DNA from: Eledone cirrhosa
Lineage: Eukaryota
Direction of reading: 5' to 3'
Length of the DNA stretch: 64,000 nt
Assembly: GCA_964016885.1 (NCBI GenBank)
Contig: OZ024746.1
Coordinates: 51,708,001 to 51,772,000, forward strand
Each line of letters starts with the position of its first letter. Position 1 is the first letter of the stretch. Positions 16,555-31,584 of the stretch are shown here, one piece after another. The position numbers and the translations under genes are program-made. Below the pieces are notes generated by a model. It did no database searches. It was not told the DNA's origin and saw only the letters and a list, made by a program, of their open reading frames with translations.

Positions 16555-17417
16555 ATGTATGTATGTATATATGTGTGTGTATATATATGTATGTCTCTCT
16601 ATTTATATGTCTATCTTCGTATCTATGTGGATATATGTGTGTGTGTGCATGTATACACATATATATGTGTTTACGTGTATATGTGTGTATGTGTATATAT
16701 GTGTGTGTGCACACACATATATATGTGAGTGTGTGTATGTGTGTGTGTATATGTATGTGTATATATATATATATATATCTATGTGTGTATATATGTCTAT
16801 ATTCGTATGTGTATATATATATATATATATATATAAATTATTTATTATTATAATATAACTTATGTGTATGTGTGTATATGTGAGGGTGTGTATATGTATA
16901 TATATGTGTATATATATGTGTAAAAAAATATATATGTGCATGTCTGTTGTTTATGTGTGTGTATATATATATATGTGTATATATATGTATATGTGGGTGT
17001 TTGTATGTGTGTTTATGGTTGTATGTGTGTGTGGGTCTATATATATAAGTGTATGTGTATATATATATATATATATATATGTGTATATATATCTCTATTA
17101 ATGCGTGTATATATGTATATGTATATGCCTTTTTCTTTGTATGTCTGAGTTGTGTGAGGGTGTAGTGGTGTTTCTATGTATATACGCATATATGGATGCG
17201 TATGTATTTGTATATATGAGTATATGTAAGTGCGTATGTATGTATGAATATATATCTAATTCTATGTATGAGTATATATATATGTGTGTGTATGTATGTT
17301 GTGTGTGTATGTATGTATATGTCTATGTGTGTATATATATATGTATGTATGTGTGTGTATGTATGTATGTATGTGTATGTATGTACATATATGTCTATGT
17401 ATGTGTGTATGTATATG

Positions 17418-17478
<61 letters not shown>

Positions 17479-17674
17479 TTATTTTTTATATATATGTGTG
17501 TGTGTGTATGTGTGTGTGTGTGTGTATATATATCTTTATATATGTGTATGTGTATGTTCGTGTAGGTGTATGTGTGTGTATGACTATATATGTATGTGTG
17601 TATGTGTGTATGTATATATATCTATGTGTGTGTACATGTATGTATGTGTATGTATGTGTATGTGTGTATATGTG

Positions 17675-17709
<35 letters not shown>

Positions 17710-18007
17710 ATATATATATATATGTATATGTTTCTCTATTTGTATATGTATATGTGTATAGGTATATACCTTTTTCTTTGTATGTCTGAGTTGTGTGAGA
17801 GTGTAGTGGTGTTTGTATGTATATACCGATATATGGATGCGTAAGTATTTGTCTGTATGTATGTATGTATGTCTGTATATATTTGTGTGTATATATAGGT
17901 ATGTATGTGTATATCTGTATGTATATAAGTATGTAAGTGTATGTATATGTGCGTGTATGTGTGTATATATATGTGCGTCTATATGGTATGTGTGATTATA
18001 TGTGTAT

Positions 18008-18063
<56 letters not shown>

Positions 18064-18173
18064 ATTTATATGTATGTGTGTATATGTATGTATGTGTGTA
18101 TATGTATATGTTTATATATGTGTGTGTATGTATGTTCTAAGTGTGGATGTGTGTATATGTATGTATGTGTTTG

Positions 18174-18204
<31 letters not shown>

Positions 18205-18205
18205 G

Positions 18206-18245
<40 letters not shown>

Positions 18246-18874
18246 CTTGATATATTTCTTTTTTCTTTTTTCTTTTTCTTTTCTTTCCTTTTTAATGTTT
18301 ATTTATTATTTATTATTTTTTATTTTCTTAGTTTATAGATACATCTATAATAAGCAGTCTGCCCAAACCGTTGAATACTGACCTCTCCCCCCCTCCCACC
18401 TAATTTCTGTATCTTGATCTAAATGTGTGTGCCAGTGTTTATGTGAGTGAATTAATATCCATGTGCTTAGGATTTTATATCCACATATATATATGTGAGT
18501 GGGGGTGTGTGTGTGTGTTTGTATGTTCGTAGTTATGTGTATGTTTATGCATATACGCGCGTGTGTGTGTGATTGTACGGATATGTGTGAGTATGAGAAT
18601 ATGTGTATACACTTATTTCATATTTATGTGTCTATACGCATCTTATCTGTGCATTATAAACTTACAGAGACATTAACCTTGAAATTTTGTATTTGCATCC
18701 ATCCTTTTGGTATGCGTATACAAGTTGAGCATACATTTTTGTAAAATATGTGTAAGGGTAGTTACATGTATATACACACACCGAACTGCATTAAACCTTT
18801 TGTATTTTCATTGGTCAATTTTGTTCCCAAACGGACCTGAAATTTTGAATTGTTGTTATTATCAATAAATATAT

Positions 18875-19028
18875 TTCATTATTTCTGAAGACGGCGTATA
18901 TATGTGTTGGTATGTATATTTAATCTTGATAGTTTGTATAATTTTGTATAATTTTGTACATAGATCTGTTGAATATGCATGCCAATTCTAACACATATAT
19001 ATCCTAGAAACGATCGTTAAATAATGAA
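18875..19028 (+). ncRNA. Hammerhead motif with ~115-nt helix II domain
   Basis: 10-bp helix I ttcattattt/aaataatgaa, CTGAAGA, tatatatgtgtt..aacacatatata, GAAA, palindromic helix III AcgatcgT, GUU site. Confidence 0.72.
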
Positions 19029-19272
19029 CTTTTTTTGTTTAATATAAGGAACTGTTTCATTGTTTTATTCATTATTTGTTTAATATTTTAAAAATATATA
19101 TATATATAAATATATATACATATACATATATATATATATATATATCCTCAATAAGAATGTTGTTAAACTTTCGTATTCTACAACCCAAAATCTGGCCTCT
19201 CATCTGGCCATTACTAATAATAAGAAAATAAAGGAAGGCCTGGACAACCTAAGCCTAGGGGAAAACACGGTA

Positions 19273-19761
19273 GTGGACAGAGTGGGCAGAAACACAAGTG
19301 GTGATCATTCTGAGAATAGCATCACCAGAGGTTGTAACTGTAGAAGGGCTTCAGGCTGCCCCCTGAATGGTTTCTGCCTTGTTAGAAACATAGTTTATGC
19401 GTGTGATGTAGTAACTACGGCGTCCACTAAGACCTATATAGGATCAACCTCCACCCCCTTTAAGACCAGGTTTAACTCTCACCAATGCACTTTTAGACAT
19501 AATAAACTGAGGAACTCCACCTCCTTGGCAGCGTACGTCCATAATTTAAAAAATGCACGAACACATTACACACTTACTTGGCGGCAGGTTGCTAAATCCC
19601 ATCCATATACTCCTCATAATAGAGTATGTAACCTATGCCTTGCCGAATCCCACTCTATTATATTTGCTAAATGCCCTCTACTAAATAGAAAGTCTGAAAT
19701 ATTTTCCTCTTGCCCCCACCGAATATTAAGCTCTTTCTTCTACTTTAAACCTGTTAGCTAG
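19273..19761 (+). pseudogene. PLE GIY-YIG endonuclease domain (truncated ORF)
   Basis: GCNCRRASGCPLNGFC, IVYACDV..YIGST..FKTRFNSH, CNLCLAE, LLNRKSEIFSSCPH. Confidence 0.9.
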
Positions 19762-21007
19762 CACTTCCTTATTCCTCTAGTTGGGCTGCCTTGTGTAACT
19801 GTCTCTGACTGTGTGTAACTGTCTCCTATTGTTGGTCGTCTATGTATACGAGTCGGTGAATGTATACGTATGCTTGTGGGAGGATATTGATCTGGATATT
19901 GGGGTGTGCAGGTGAGTGGGTGTGTATGTTAATAAGCACCCCTGTTTGGCACAGTGGATGTAACCCATCCACGCTCGCCTACCCACCATTGGTGCATTGG
20001 TGGGTCTATCCTGACGTATATCTTGTTGATCTGTACCTCTGTATGCGCATGAGTTGTGATGTAATGTATTTATGTAAAGCGTGTACTGCGATTTAGGCTG
20101 CACTAATAGAAATTTAGCCTGTAACTGTGGGCGGACCTGTGCCATCCCGCCGTAAGCAGTGGATACGTGGCGCATGTACATGTTGCCCTCATATTCTGTG
20201 GTTTAAGATCTACAGGCTGACCTCTGGGAGCTCTTGCCCGGGGTTGTAGTCTTTCTAGCACGATCGGCCTTCCATATATTGACGGTCGTTGTTATGATCC
20301 CGAAAGTAACGTTTGGCCCCGATAGCCCTCCGTAGTTACTAACGGTCTGTGTACACTTGAATCGGGCAATGGCACGTGCGGACATGAATATCTCCGTAGG
20401 ATTTCAACTTTATTTTACTACATCTCATCATATGTATTTATTTTGAATGTATTACCTGTGGTGGTGGGTCTGGTCTAATGTGGTATTTCGGTGTTTAATA
20501 TCAGCTTTGACCCGGGTGTCCTACGCTGTGTGTGTGTGCGTGTGTGTCCGTGTATACATTTATATGTGTATGGGTGTTGGTGGTTGTATGTGTCTGTATA
20601 TAAAAAAAAATATATATATATATATGTATACCGTCTCTGCATATGCATGTGGTGTGTATATGTGCATATACGTGCTGAACATATTGATGTGTACAATCTT
20701 GTGATGTCCCAATGCGGTGACTTAATGGCTCTTGAAGCTATTTTTTATATATCTTCTGTCTTTTTATATATCTTTTGTATGCGCTACAACTGTGTCTGCT
20801 TGCTTTGGCTAACCCGCCTGCACCTCGCTTGCTAATGCACGTGAATTCTTCTACCTTCCTTCGATGCACCTCTCTCTGACCATTGGACTCCTGCCCGGGT
20901 GTGAACCGGTTTGTGATTACCCCACCGCTCAACTGTGTGAATGCACACCCGCGACTTTCGAGTGAACTTTTGAGACTGCCCAACCTGGGACGCCTCCATT
21001 GCCTTGC

Positions 21008-21250
21008 AATGGTCAAGTGATACTGGTGACTGTGACACTTAGTGCCTTCGTGGGCCCCTGATGTTTTCAAGAAATATATTTAAAAAAAATGGTCAAGTGA
21101 TACACATAACTGTGACACTTAGTGCCTTCGTGGGCCCCTGATGTTTTCAAGAAATATATTTTTTAAAAATGGTCAAGTGATACACATAACTGTGACACTT
21201 AGTGCCTTCGTGGGCCCCTGACATATTCAAGAGATATATTCTAAAAAAAT
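21008..21250. repeat. 80-bp tandem repeat x3 inside the PLE 3'UTR
   Basis: aatggtcaagtgatac..gtgggcccctga..aagaaatatatt recurs at 21008, 21088 and 21168. Confidence 0.9.
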
Positions 21251-21343
21251 ATATATCTTATCTCAATTTACTTTATTTCATTTTATTTTATTTTATTTCA
21301 TTTCATGTTATCTAATTTTATTTATTTACTTATTTAACTCCAT

Positions 21344-21375
<32 letters not shown>

Positions 21376-21415
21376 ATTTAAATTTAAATTTAAATTTTAT
21401 TCATTTATTTAATTT

Positions 21416-21459
<44 letters not shown>

Positions 21460-22034
21460 TTACATTTAATTACATTTAATTATACATTTAATTATATCTT
21501 ATATTATATTATTTTAATTTAGTCTATGTTATTTGATTTTAGTTTACCTTATTTCATCTTATTTTATGATTATATTATATTATGTTCTATTTTATATAAT
21601 TTTAATTCTAATTTTATATTATTTTATCTCATTCCTTACCCTGTATCACTATTATCTGTATATTTTATATTTTATATGTAAGTTTGTTATGTATTTCTTT
21701 ATATTTTCTTATATATATTATAAGTCTGTTTTTCACCTATTTTTTACCTACTCTTACCTAATCCCATCTATCTTACCTACTCTTGTCTGTTCTCTTATCC
21801 ATGTGTATGCTTGTATGTAACTATATGTTGACAGCACCCCGCCCAACTGTGACTGATAGCACCCCTTATTTTTCATTGCTTATTTTATTATCTTATTTTT
21901 ATTTTTATTTTTATTTTTATTCTTATCTTTATTTTTACTTTTACTTCCTTAATATCCTTTATCGTCTATTATTATTTTTCATTCTTCAATGTCTTGGATT
22001 TGTTATTGCTTGTATGGTATGTAATTAACCTTTA

Positions 22035-22080
22035 TGCTCTGATGAGTCCCACTTATAGTGCGGATGAAACAATGTTAGCA
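22035..22080 (+). ncRNA. Type I hammerhead ribozyme motif
   Basis: tgct CTGATGA gtcc-cact..agtg-c-ggat GAAA caatGTT agca. Confidence 0.8.
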
Positions 22081-22268
22081 AGTAAAGATATGCATATGCT
22101 ATAGGCGTTCTTTGTTATTTATTATATCACGGCTCTGTCCTCAGACATTGAGCTAACCTTATACTGCCTGGTGGATAAGTGGAGTGTTATACACCCCTGA
22201 TCCTGTCCCTAGTATACTATATATATATATATACATATATATACATATACATATATATATATATAAAT

Positions 22269-22441
<173 letters not shown>

Positions 22442-22569
22442 CATACATATATATATATATACATATATATATATATTCTAGTCGATCGACTTTCGTCAAA
22501 TCGGACCGAGGAAACTATGTTTCCGTTGGTCTTTCCAATTGCTAATACTATCTATCGGTCGCAACTCCA

Positions 22570-22697
22570 GGTAGAAGGAGCAACGTGAAATAAAGTGTCT
22601 TGCTCAAGGACATAACGCATCGCCTGGTTCAGGAATCGAACTCACAACCTCACGATTGTGAATCCAATACTCTAACCACTCAGCCACACGCCTTCAT
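22570..22697 (-). mobile_element. tRNA-derived CORE-type SINE, 5' part
   Basis: Minus strand has A box TGGCTGAGTGG and B box GTTCGATTCC, then CORE-like tccttgagcaagacactt. Confidence 0.8.
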
Positions 22698-22699
22698 AC

Positions 22700-22736
<37 letters not shown>

Positions 22737-22737
22737 C

Positions 22738-22782
<45 letters not shown>

Positions 22783-22799
22783 CATATATATATGTATAT

Positions 22800-22974
<175 letters not shown>

Positions 22975-23149
22975 GGCTACGAAATAACGAAAAACAACTT
23001 CCGAGATGTGTGGCAAGTGCTCAATGATTCAGATGAACCAGAGCTACAACATACGTTAGAGGCCAACGACACTGAGACGATGGTTAAACAATCATCCGCT
23101 GAGCCCCCCAAAAAACGACCAAATAATTCGTGTCAAACAAATAATAATA

Positions 23150-23239
<90 letters not shown>

Positions 23240-23242
<3 letters not shown>

Positions 23243-25960
23243 AGTCGTTTGGAAGCCTCGACAATGCAAATGGGTAAATCTCCGGGTAACAAGATTCGGT
23301 GGTGGAGAGAGAGATAGATAGATATGTAAGTGGGTGTACGTTGAGATGCGTGGTGTGTATAAGATGTGTAGAAGAATGAAGGAAAGAGTATAAAGGATAA
23401 AATAAAAATAACAACACGCGAGAGAGTTACCCTGGGAGAGATTTAATTGTCCCTATATATTTCGGATTCACATCCATCAACTGGGGGTTTTTTTCCGGGG
23501 TGCGGGAAAGGTTGTCTGTCGGAAAGGTGCGAAACGCGTCCTCTGCTGTTTGTTGTTTTCCGCAGTACCGGTTCCAGAGGGATGCCCTGCAATAGCTCCA
23601 ACTTCCGCAGTGGTGGCTCGAGAGTCAGTACGTAGAGGAGAGAGGGCATCCCTGTCGAATGGATCGAGTGATATGGAACGGCTCCGAGAGGTAGCCGTTC
23701 ACTTTGACCCTTGAGCAGATGTTGCTGTTGTGCATTGCAGCAATCCAGCCCCTGAACACGGGTCAGAAGCCTGCCGCCTCGAGTACCGCATCCAGGTAAC
23801 GATGGTCAACCCTATCGAAAGCCTTAGACTGATCCAAGTTGATCAGGGCCCCACCGAATCCGGGTTTACACCCTACCCTCTCTATGATGTATCGCATGAG
23901 GTGGAGGTTGTCGTGTATGGACCTGGTCGGGATTGCGCATGTCTGCGCTTCTCCCACCAGGTTCTCGACGACAAGCGCCAGCCTCTTTGCCAAGACCTTG
24001 GCCAAAATCTGTAACTCTGTGTTTAGCAGTTATGGGCCGGAAGTTGCCTATGTTATCCCCTTATTCTGGTCCTTCATGACTAGTGTGACTACGCCCCCGG
24101 TCACAGAACTGGGAATTCTCCCGTTCTGTTGCCATTTGCAGTAGACTGCTTCCAGGAGACCGGAGAATAAGTCCGGCATTGCTACGTAAAATTCGTAGGG
24201 TAGACCGTCGAGACCTGGAGATTTGCGTTTGCCGCATTGGCTCAGCGCGTCCCCTATCTCAGCGGCTGAAATAGGCTTTTCGCAGAACTTTGTCTCGCTG
24301 TCCGAGAGTCGCGGTAGGCCATCGAGGTATGGACTGAAATCCATAGACCCTCTCGGCGCGCCACCCTGCCCGAACAGTTGAGCAAAGTGCCGCTGAAAGG
24401 CCGCACACATCTGCTTCGGCTCACGTATCACGCGTCCGTTTTGGTCCTTCGAAGACCGAATCGTGGACTTGTTGCCACTTTTTGCCTCCGTCACTCGGGC
24501 CCAGCTAACAGCTTTGGCTCCCTCGTTTCCCAGAGCACGCATTTTGCTTCTGACAACGCATCCCTCGTCCTTTGCGTCGAAGAAGTGGTCCAAGGCCGTT
24601 CTCGTTGCTAGCACGCTGGCTATGTTGCCACTTCTAATTGCCTCTTCTACTTTATCTACCAGTTCCTTCTCGGTTCTATTTCTATCTAACGCTAATTCTT
24701 TACTAAAAACTAATGAGTCTAATCTAACTGCCCTCTTGAGAGAGTACCACCATCTGTTGTTGACAATGGCCTCTGTCAAGTGCTGTTTAACTAAAGTGCT
24801 AATCCGTCTACTGTAAGCTTTGCATGTCGGTAACGACAAGTTCAGCTTCCAGTAGCCGGATCCTTGTCTATGGGTTCTATCAAGGTTGGCCATGCAGGTC
24901 ACTAGTTTGTGATCTGAATAGGCAACCATGAACATTTGTGGACAGCTTAACATGTCCCTATCCTTATTTCTAACTAGAACCCGATCTAAGTTTGATCTAG
25001 ATGTTCCGCTGCGATTACTCCACGTTCACAGTGGCGCAGTCGGAAAATCTAGTCGATATCTATCGGCCAGGTCAAATCGGTCGATAAACTGTTTGAGGCT
25101 GTTACACCCCCCTTTATCGGGACATGCTCCCACATAGTCCCAACGTGCATCTAAAAGCAAGGAGCGGGACGTTCCCAGAAAAGTCTCTAGACGTTTGAAG
25201 AAGTCTGGCCGCGGTGTCTCGGATGGGGCATATGCAGCCAGCAGCCTGGAAGCTCCACCTTCACTACCGTCAACGTCTAGGACCACCAGTCGACCCTCCG
25301 GGTCCAGATGTACCGTCTGTGTTACGAGGCCCAGGTGTTTTCGCAGCAAAACGGCAACCCCGCTTCACACCCCGGTTGACAGAGAGATGCGTAGATCTCA
25401 AAGTCATCGAAGATGGGGGCCAGATGTCGCTCGCTGTGAATCCTGGACTCGCAAATGGCTACCACATCCATACTGTGCGACCTGAGGTCGTTTAAGAGTT
25501 TGCCCTGTTTCCATGGCATCCCCAGACCGCGTACGTTCACACATCCAACTCTTATATTCGCCATGTTGGTGCTGAAAAGTTAAAAGAGGAAAAGAAATCA
25601 CTCACCCTTCGTCTCCTGGGGACCAGGCTGCACAATTTCCATGGGGGTGTTGGAGGGGTTGTCTGGGTGTGTGGTGGTTTCCGGCGGAGTGGAGACGGAG
25701 ATGTTTGGTGGGGTGGGGTCTGGTGGGATGGGGGTGTCTGGGGTGGGGAGACATTTGAGAAGGACGCGGTTAAGTGGTTTCACGCAGGAATTCCCCACAT
25801 CCTTTTCAAATGTTTCTTTTAGGGACCTATAAGTTTGTATAGGGACCCTAATCAGTTTTAGGTTCTGTTTTTTGTTATTTTTAATAGATTGGGCGAAAGT
25901 TTTCTCTTCGGTGAAAACCGAAGGGTTGTTCGTGATGGTCTCCATCAGTGTTTTTTTTTT
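23240..25960 (-). mobile_element. Tx1/L1-group LINE, internally deleted and frameshifted
   Basis: ORF1 remnant at 25598-25945. ORF2 from 25564 has VNVRGL..ICES (APE), SDHK, GYWKLN, KSPGLDGLPYEFY, LDQSKAFDRVDH and RQGCP. The YADD region is missing. Confidence 0.88.
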
Positions 25961-25961
25961 C

Positions 25962-25994
<33 letters not shown>

Positions 25995-26056
25995 TACATA
26001 TATACCACAGCATATATGTATATCTATGGAACAAGTAAAAGAGTAAAAGTAGAAAA

Positions 26057-26145
<89 letters not shown>

Positions 26146-26356
26146 AGTGTGTGTGCGTGCGTGTGTGTATACATATGTATATATATATATATATATATGC
26201 ATTATATGTATATATAACTATGTATTTCTGTGCCTGTTTCCATTAACTGGTGTACAGTAAAACCATAACATCAACAGTCGAACGGCGCCATAAACCTGTG
26301 TATATTGAATGTTTGAATATGTGAGTGTATTGAAACGAATCTGCCCAGGTTAGGTG

Positions 26357-26398
<42 letters not shown>

Positions 26399-26433
26399 GT
26401 GTCATATATATATATATATACATACATACATGT

Positions 26434-26489
<56 letters not shown>

Positions 26490-27025
26490 TATACATACAT
26501 GCATATATATATGTACATACATACATGCATACAAACTCACACACACATATATATATATATAATATACATATGCATATATATATATATATAAATATATATA
26601 TATGTATATATATATATATAAGAATTAAAATACTAGAGTGTGTTGGAGTTAAACACCCTCTTCATATTATAGAAATGACAGTATAAGATATAGCTCAATG
26701 TAATTAAACAGAGCCGAAGAATTATAATTTTTATAATATATATATATATAGATATTTAAATGATTTTTTAATTTATTTAAAGGATTGTTTAATGTTTGTT
26801 TGTTCTGCTCATCTCAATTATATCTATATATATATATAGTAATAATAATAAATTTGAAGACTAAAATACAAAGAGGGCTCGATAAGGATAAATATATATC
26901 AAATATAAAAGAACCGTAGAGCAAATATTTCAGAAGATCCCGTTAAGGGTGAAAGCAGCAATTCTTTGCTTAAACTTTAATCTGTTATTTTAATAAATAT
27001 ATATATATATAAATATATATATACA

Positions 27026-27889
<864 letters not shown>

Positions 27890-27894
27890 GCATA

Positions 27895-28507
27895 TGTATA
27901 CAATAGTAGCAGTTTTGGCAAATTTTGGAGTGAAATTTTAGTAAGTAAGTTAATTTTTATAATTTTCTTATTTTACGTCTTTCATATAATTGTTCTGCAT
28001 CCCCTTGCATTGAACCACAAAGTTACTAAAACAAAACCTATATATTTGCTAGCATAGGTATGCATCTGTATATATATGTTGGTAGATATACTAATTCTTT
28101 ATAATTATCTCCAAATTATTTTGTTGAGCAAAAATTTGCCAAAACTGCTACTATAGTTCATAGTAATAGTTCGGCTACTGTCTTCTTCGGCTACTCCTCA
28201 CTGATTAACCTCGATGTCACGTGATTGATTCTTTTGAATTTGCCACCGACCAAGTAGGCAGTGATATTTTCAATGTCTTGGAATTTAGTCCACGCTTGCT
28301 TTTTTTCCATCCACTGAATTATTTTTGTATAAGTTCCCTGTGTCCACGCATCACCTGGGAACTTAGCTGAGAATAGACTTCCTGATGACGAAAGGCCTTC
28401 TCCATGTGTTACATTCGGAAACCATGTTTATTCCCTTTCAGAAACTAATTAGTTAGAGTGAAATTTTAGTAAGTATGTTAATTTTTATAATTTTCTTATT
28501 TTACGTC

Positions 28508-28516
<9 letters not shown>
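27895..28516 (+). mobile_element. Non-coding unit with 528-bp period, short 5' inversion and HHR-like motif (28371-28433)
   Basis: 27928-27988 is repeated at 28456-28516. 27903-27926 is an inverted copy of about 28130-28154. Motif: CTGATGA cgaa..ttcg GAAA ccatgtt. Confidence 0.55.
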
Positions 28517-28587
<71 letters not shown>

Positions 28588-28833
28588 TATATATATATAG
28601 GCCTGTGGATATATGCGTATATATGTTTATATGCATTTAGGTATATGTTCGTGTGTATGTTTTATATTGATGTATGAGTGCCGTACAATGTATATGCCTC
28701 GAAGTATATATTAGTTTGAACACATATAGAAACATATTGACACAGATGTACTATATACACAAGATTATATGCTTGCCACAAATTTAATATTTTATCTGAT
28801 ACTGGTTATCAGAAGTCTTTTGTGTGTGTTTAT

Positions 28834-28879
<46 letters not shown>

Positions 28880-28947
28880 TAGAGAGAGAGAGCGTGTGTG
28901 TGTGCGTGTGTGAGCGTGTCAGTCAGTATACGGTGGAATGACGACTG

Positions 28948-29120
28948 GGGTGTGATCATGAACCTAAAACTGGACATGCCAATGACATGGCTATATTAGT
29001 CTGTGACACGTCTATCCGAACTGACAAGGAAATCAAGGCAAACCATCCAGACATGATAACCAAGAACAGGAACTAAAATATGAGCACGTTGAAATATATT
29101 GTGATTTCTTCTAAGCAAAA
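28948..29120 (+). pseudogene. R4/Dong-like LINE restriction-like endonuclease fragment
   Basis: HEPKT..ILVCDTSIRTDKEIKANHPDMI resembles the ILWD..I.TD..I.ANRPDI motif. Contains an in-frame stop. Confidence 0.65.
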
Positions 29121-29674
29121 ACTATCTATATATTACTAAAAGTATGTGATTGCTTGCTTGCTTTCTTGTCTGTAATGTCATACATCTAAAAAGGCGCATA
29201 ATGGGAAAATACTTTGAAAGGCAGTTGACCCTGAAATGGGAATACAAATGGAATAAAACAAGTTCAAATCGGAGCACGGGTTCCCGAGATATGGGATTTT
29301 TCCGGCTACCTTCATAAACAGTGATTGAGAGAGAGAGTGAGAGAGAGAGAGAGCGGGCGAGGAGACAGAGAATGAGAATGGAAGAGAGAGAGAGGGGGAG
29401 AGCTGGTGGTGTTGTTGTGTGTGTATGTGAGTGTGTGTGTATATATATATATATATGCGTTCGTGTGTCTATGACCAATATATAGATCACAGACACCCAC
29501 ACATGTATATATACGCACACACATACATACATACATATAGCAGTATATATATATATATATATAAATGAAGTAATTCCGTCGGAAAGGTCCAGGAAAGAAG
29601 AGTGCTCTATGTAGGTTACAGATCTTAATAGTTATGTAATACAACATAAGGCAATTATTTCATTTACTAGTGGT

Positions 29675-29717
29675 TTCTTAAAAGCAAACAAATTTTGCTT
29701 TCAATCATCAGAATGAA
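29675..29717 (-). ncRNA. Hammerhead-like motif lacking helix II (left arm copy)
   Basis: Reverse complement of 35304-35346. Confidence 0.5.
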
Positions 29718-29961
29718 AAAATCTTGGTGTATTTATTGACACAAACAATTACATACACACACATATATACATACACACACATATACACACACACACATAC
29801 ACACACACACACATATGTATATATATATATATACATACACATATATATATATACATACATACATATCTATCAACATATACAAACATATATATCAACATAT
29901 CCATACATACACATACACACAAATACACAAACACACACACACATGCATATATATATATATA

Positions 29962-30868
29962 TTTGTTTAGCAAGATTCTTTATCTGAAAACGTGTGTTGA
30001 AACCGATATTGTTATACTTGGGGAGGGTCATGTTGCCAATAAGAAACACACGCACCAGTTGCTTTCACTTCAATTTATTATAATAAATTTATAAATTTCT
30101 GGTTGGTTGGTTGGTTGGTTCCACAACCAGATGGTTGTTTATATATTGTCAAAGTTCTTTCGTCACACATTCTGTGACCTCTTCAGTGACTGGGGTTCTT
30201 TTCTTTGTTTTTTGTTTTTTGTGCCTCTCCTTTGTTGTCCTACGCCATCTTGTTTTTGTATGTGTGTTGTGTGCTTAGTTTGCGCATGTGTTACATCCCG
30301 GTGTCTGTGTGTTTATATTCGTTTGTTTATTTGTTTATTTCCATGTTACTGGTTGGTTGGTTGTTCTATGTGCGTGTGTGTTTTCATTTTGTCCTTAATT
30401 ATAAGTTGTGATGTTGCTGTTCCACTCATGTTTTCTATTTAATTTTGGTTGTAATTCATTTATGTTTATTGCCTCTGTGATTTGTCTAAACATTGCGTCA
30501 AACAACCAACCAGTAACATGTAAATAAACAAATTTAATAAACGAATATAAACACACACATACACCCGGATGTAACACATGCACAAACTAAGCACACAACA
30601 CACACACACAAAAACAAGATGGCGTAGGACAGAACAAAGAAGAGGCACAACAAACAAAGAAAAGAATCCCCAGTCACCTAAGAGGTCACAGAACGTGTGA
30701 CGAAAGAACTTTGACAATATATAAACAACCATCTGGTTGTGGAACCAACCAACCAACCGGAAATTTATAAATTCCTGAATTTATAAATTTATTATAATAA
30801 ATTGAAGTGAAAACACCTGGTGCGTGTGTTTCTTATTGGCAACATGACCCTCCCAAAGTATAACAATA
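29962..30868. mobile_element. Fold-back pair of Neptune-like pLTRs (same family as 47770-48190); HHRs at 30148-30190 (-) and about 30671-30715 (+, mutated)
   Basis: Arms about 30008-30365 and 30500-30868, inserted in a TA tract. Confidence 0.85.
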
Positions 30869-31243
30869 TATATATATATATACATACAAACAATCATACA
30901 TATATACACACACGTACATACACACACATACATACACACATACATACGCATGCACAAATATAGATATATGTACACACACCTACATACGCACACGCACAAA
31001 TAATTATAAGACAAAATATAATAATAAAAATACCGTCACATAAGAATAACAATGAATATAAAAATTATTATAAAGTTGACAGCGATACAGGCAACAAATA
31101 ATTGTACAAACACACGTGGTAAGCAATACACACAATTGCACATACACATACATACGTAAAAATAAATACATACAGACACACACACATATACATATACATA
31201 TACATATACACATACATACACATATACATACACACACATATAT

Positions 31244-31274
<31 letters not shown>

Positions 31275-31422
31275 TACACAAATATATACACATACATATA
31301 CATACATATACACAAACACATAAATACAAATACATATGCACACATATGTATGTGTGTAAAACTCATTCTTAGATGTATTCATATGAACCTTGTTTAACTC
31401 TTAAATATATATATATATATAT

Positions 31423-31491
<69 letters not shown>

Positions 31492-31584
31492 CACACACAT
31501 ATATATACACATACACACATATACATACATACACACACACATATATATATATAAGAAAATACATAAATATTATATATATATAAA

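Larger units (their letters stand above)
8586..19090 (-). mobile_element. Young PLE (Hydra-clade-like) with a ~3.9 kb microsatellite-rich 3' region and a ~4.1 kb inverted 5' pLTR copy
   Basis: Intact ORF at 12569-14925. Region 14927-19090 is a near-identical reverse complement of 8720-12836. An HHR lies near both outer ends. Confidence 0.92.
19146..22218 (+). mobile_element. 5'-truncated PLE (Hydra-like): GIY-YIG, long 3'UTR, HHR, tail
   Basis: LNKNVVKLSYSTT upstream of ORF 19273-19761, and an HHR at 22035. Confidence 0.88.

Noticed and set aside
14927-19090. Inverted arm as an assembly artefact
   Set aside because: The arms differ by SNPs and repeat lengths, and the layout is typical of PLEs and recurs in the window. 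It is not fully excluded without reads.
21008-21250. CRISPR-like array
   Set aside because: Whole 80-bp units repeat with no unique spacers, the context is a eukaryotic retroelement UTR, and there are no cas genes.
22620-22697. tRNA gene (also 57990-58060 and 58600-58670)
   Set aside because: A and B boxes run into SINE bodies and the cloverleaf is imperfect.
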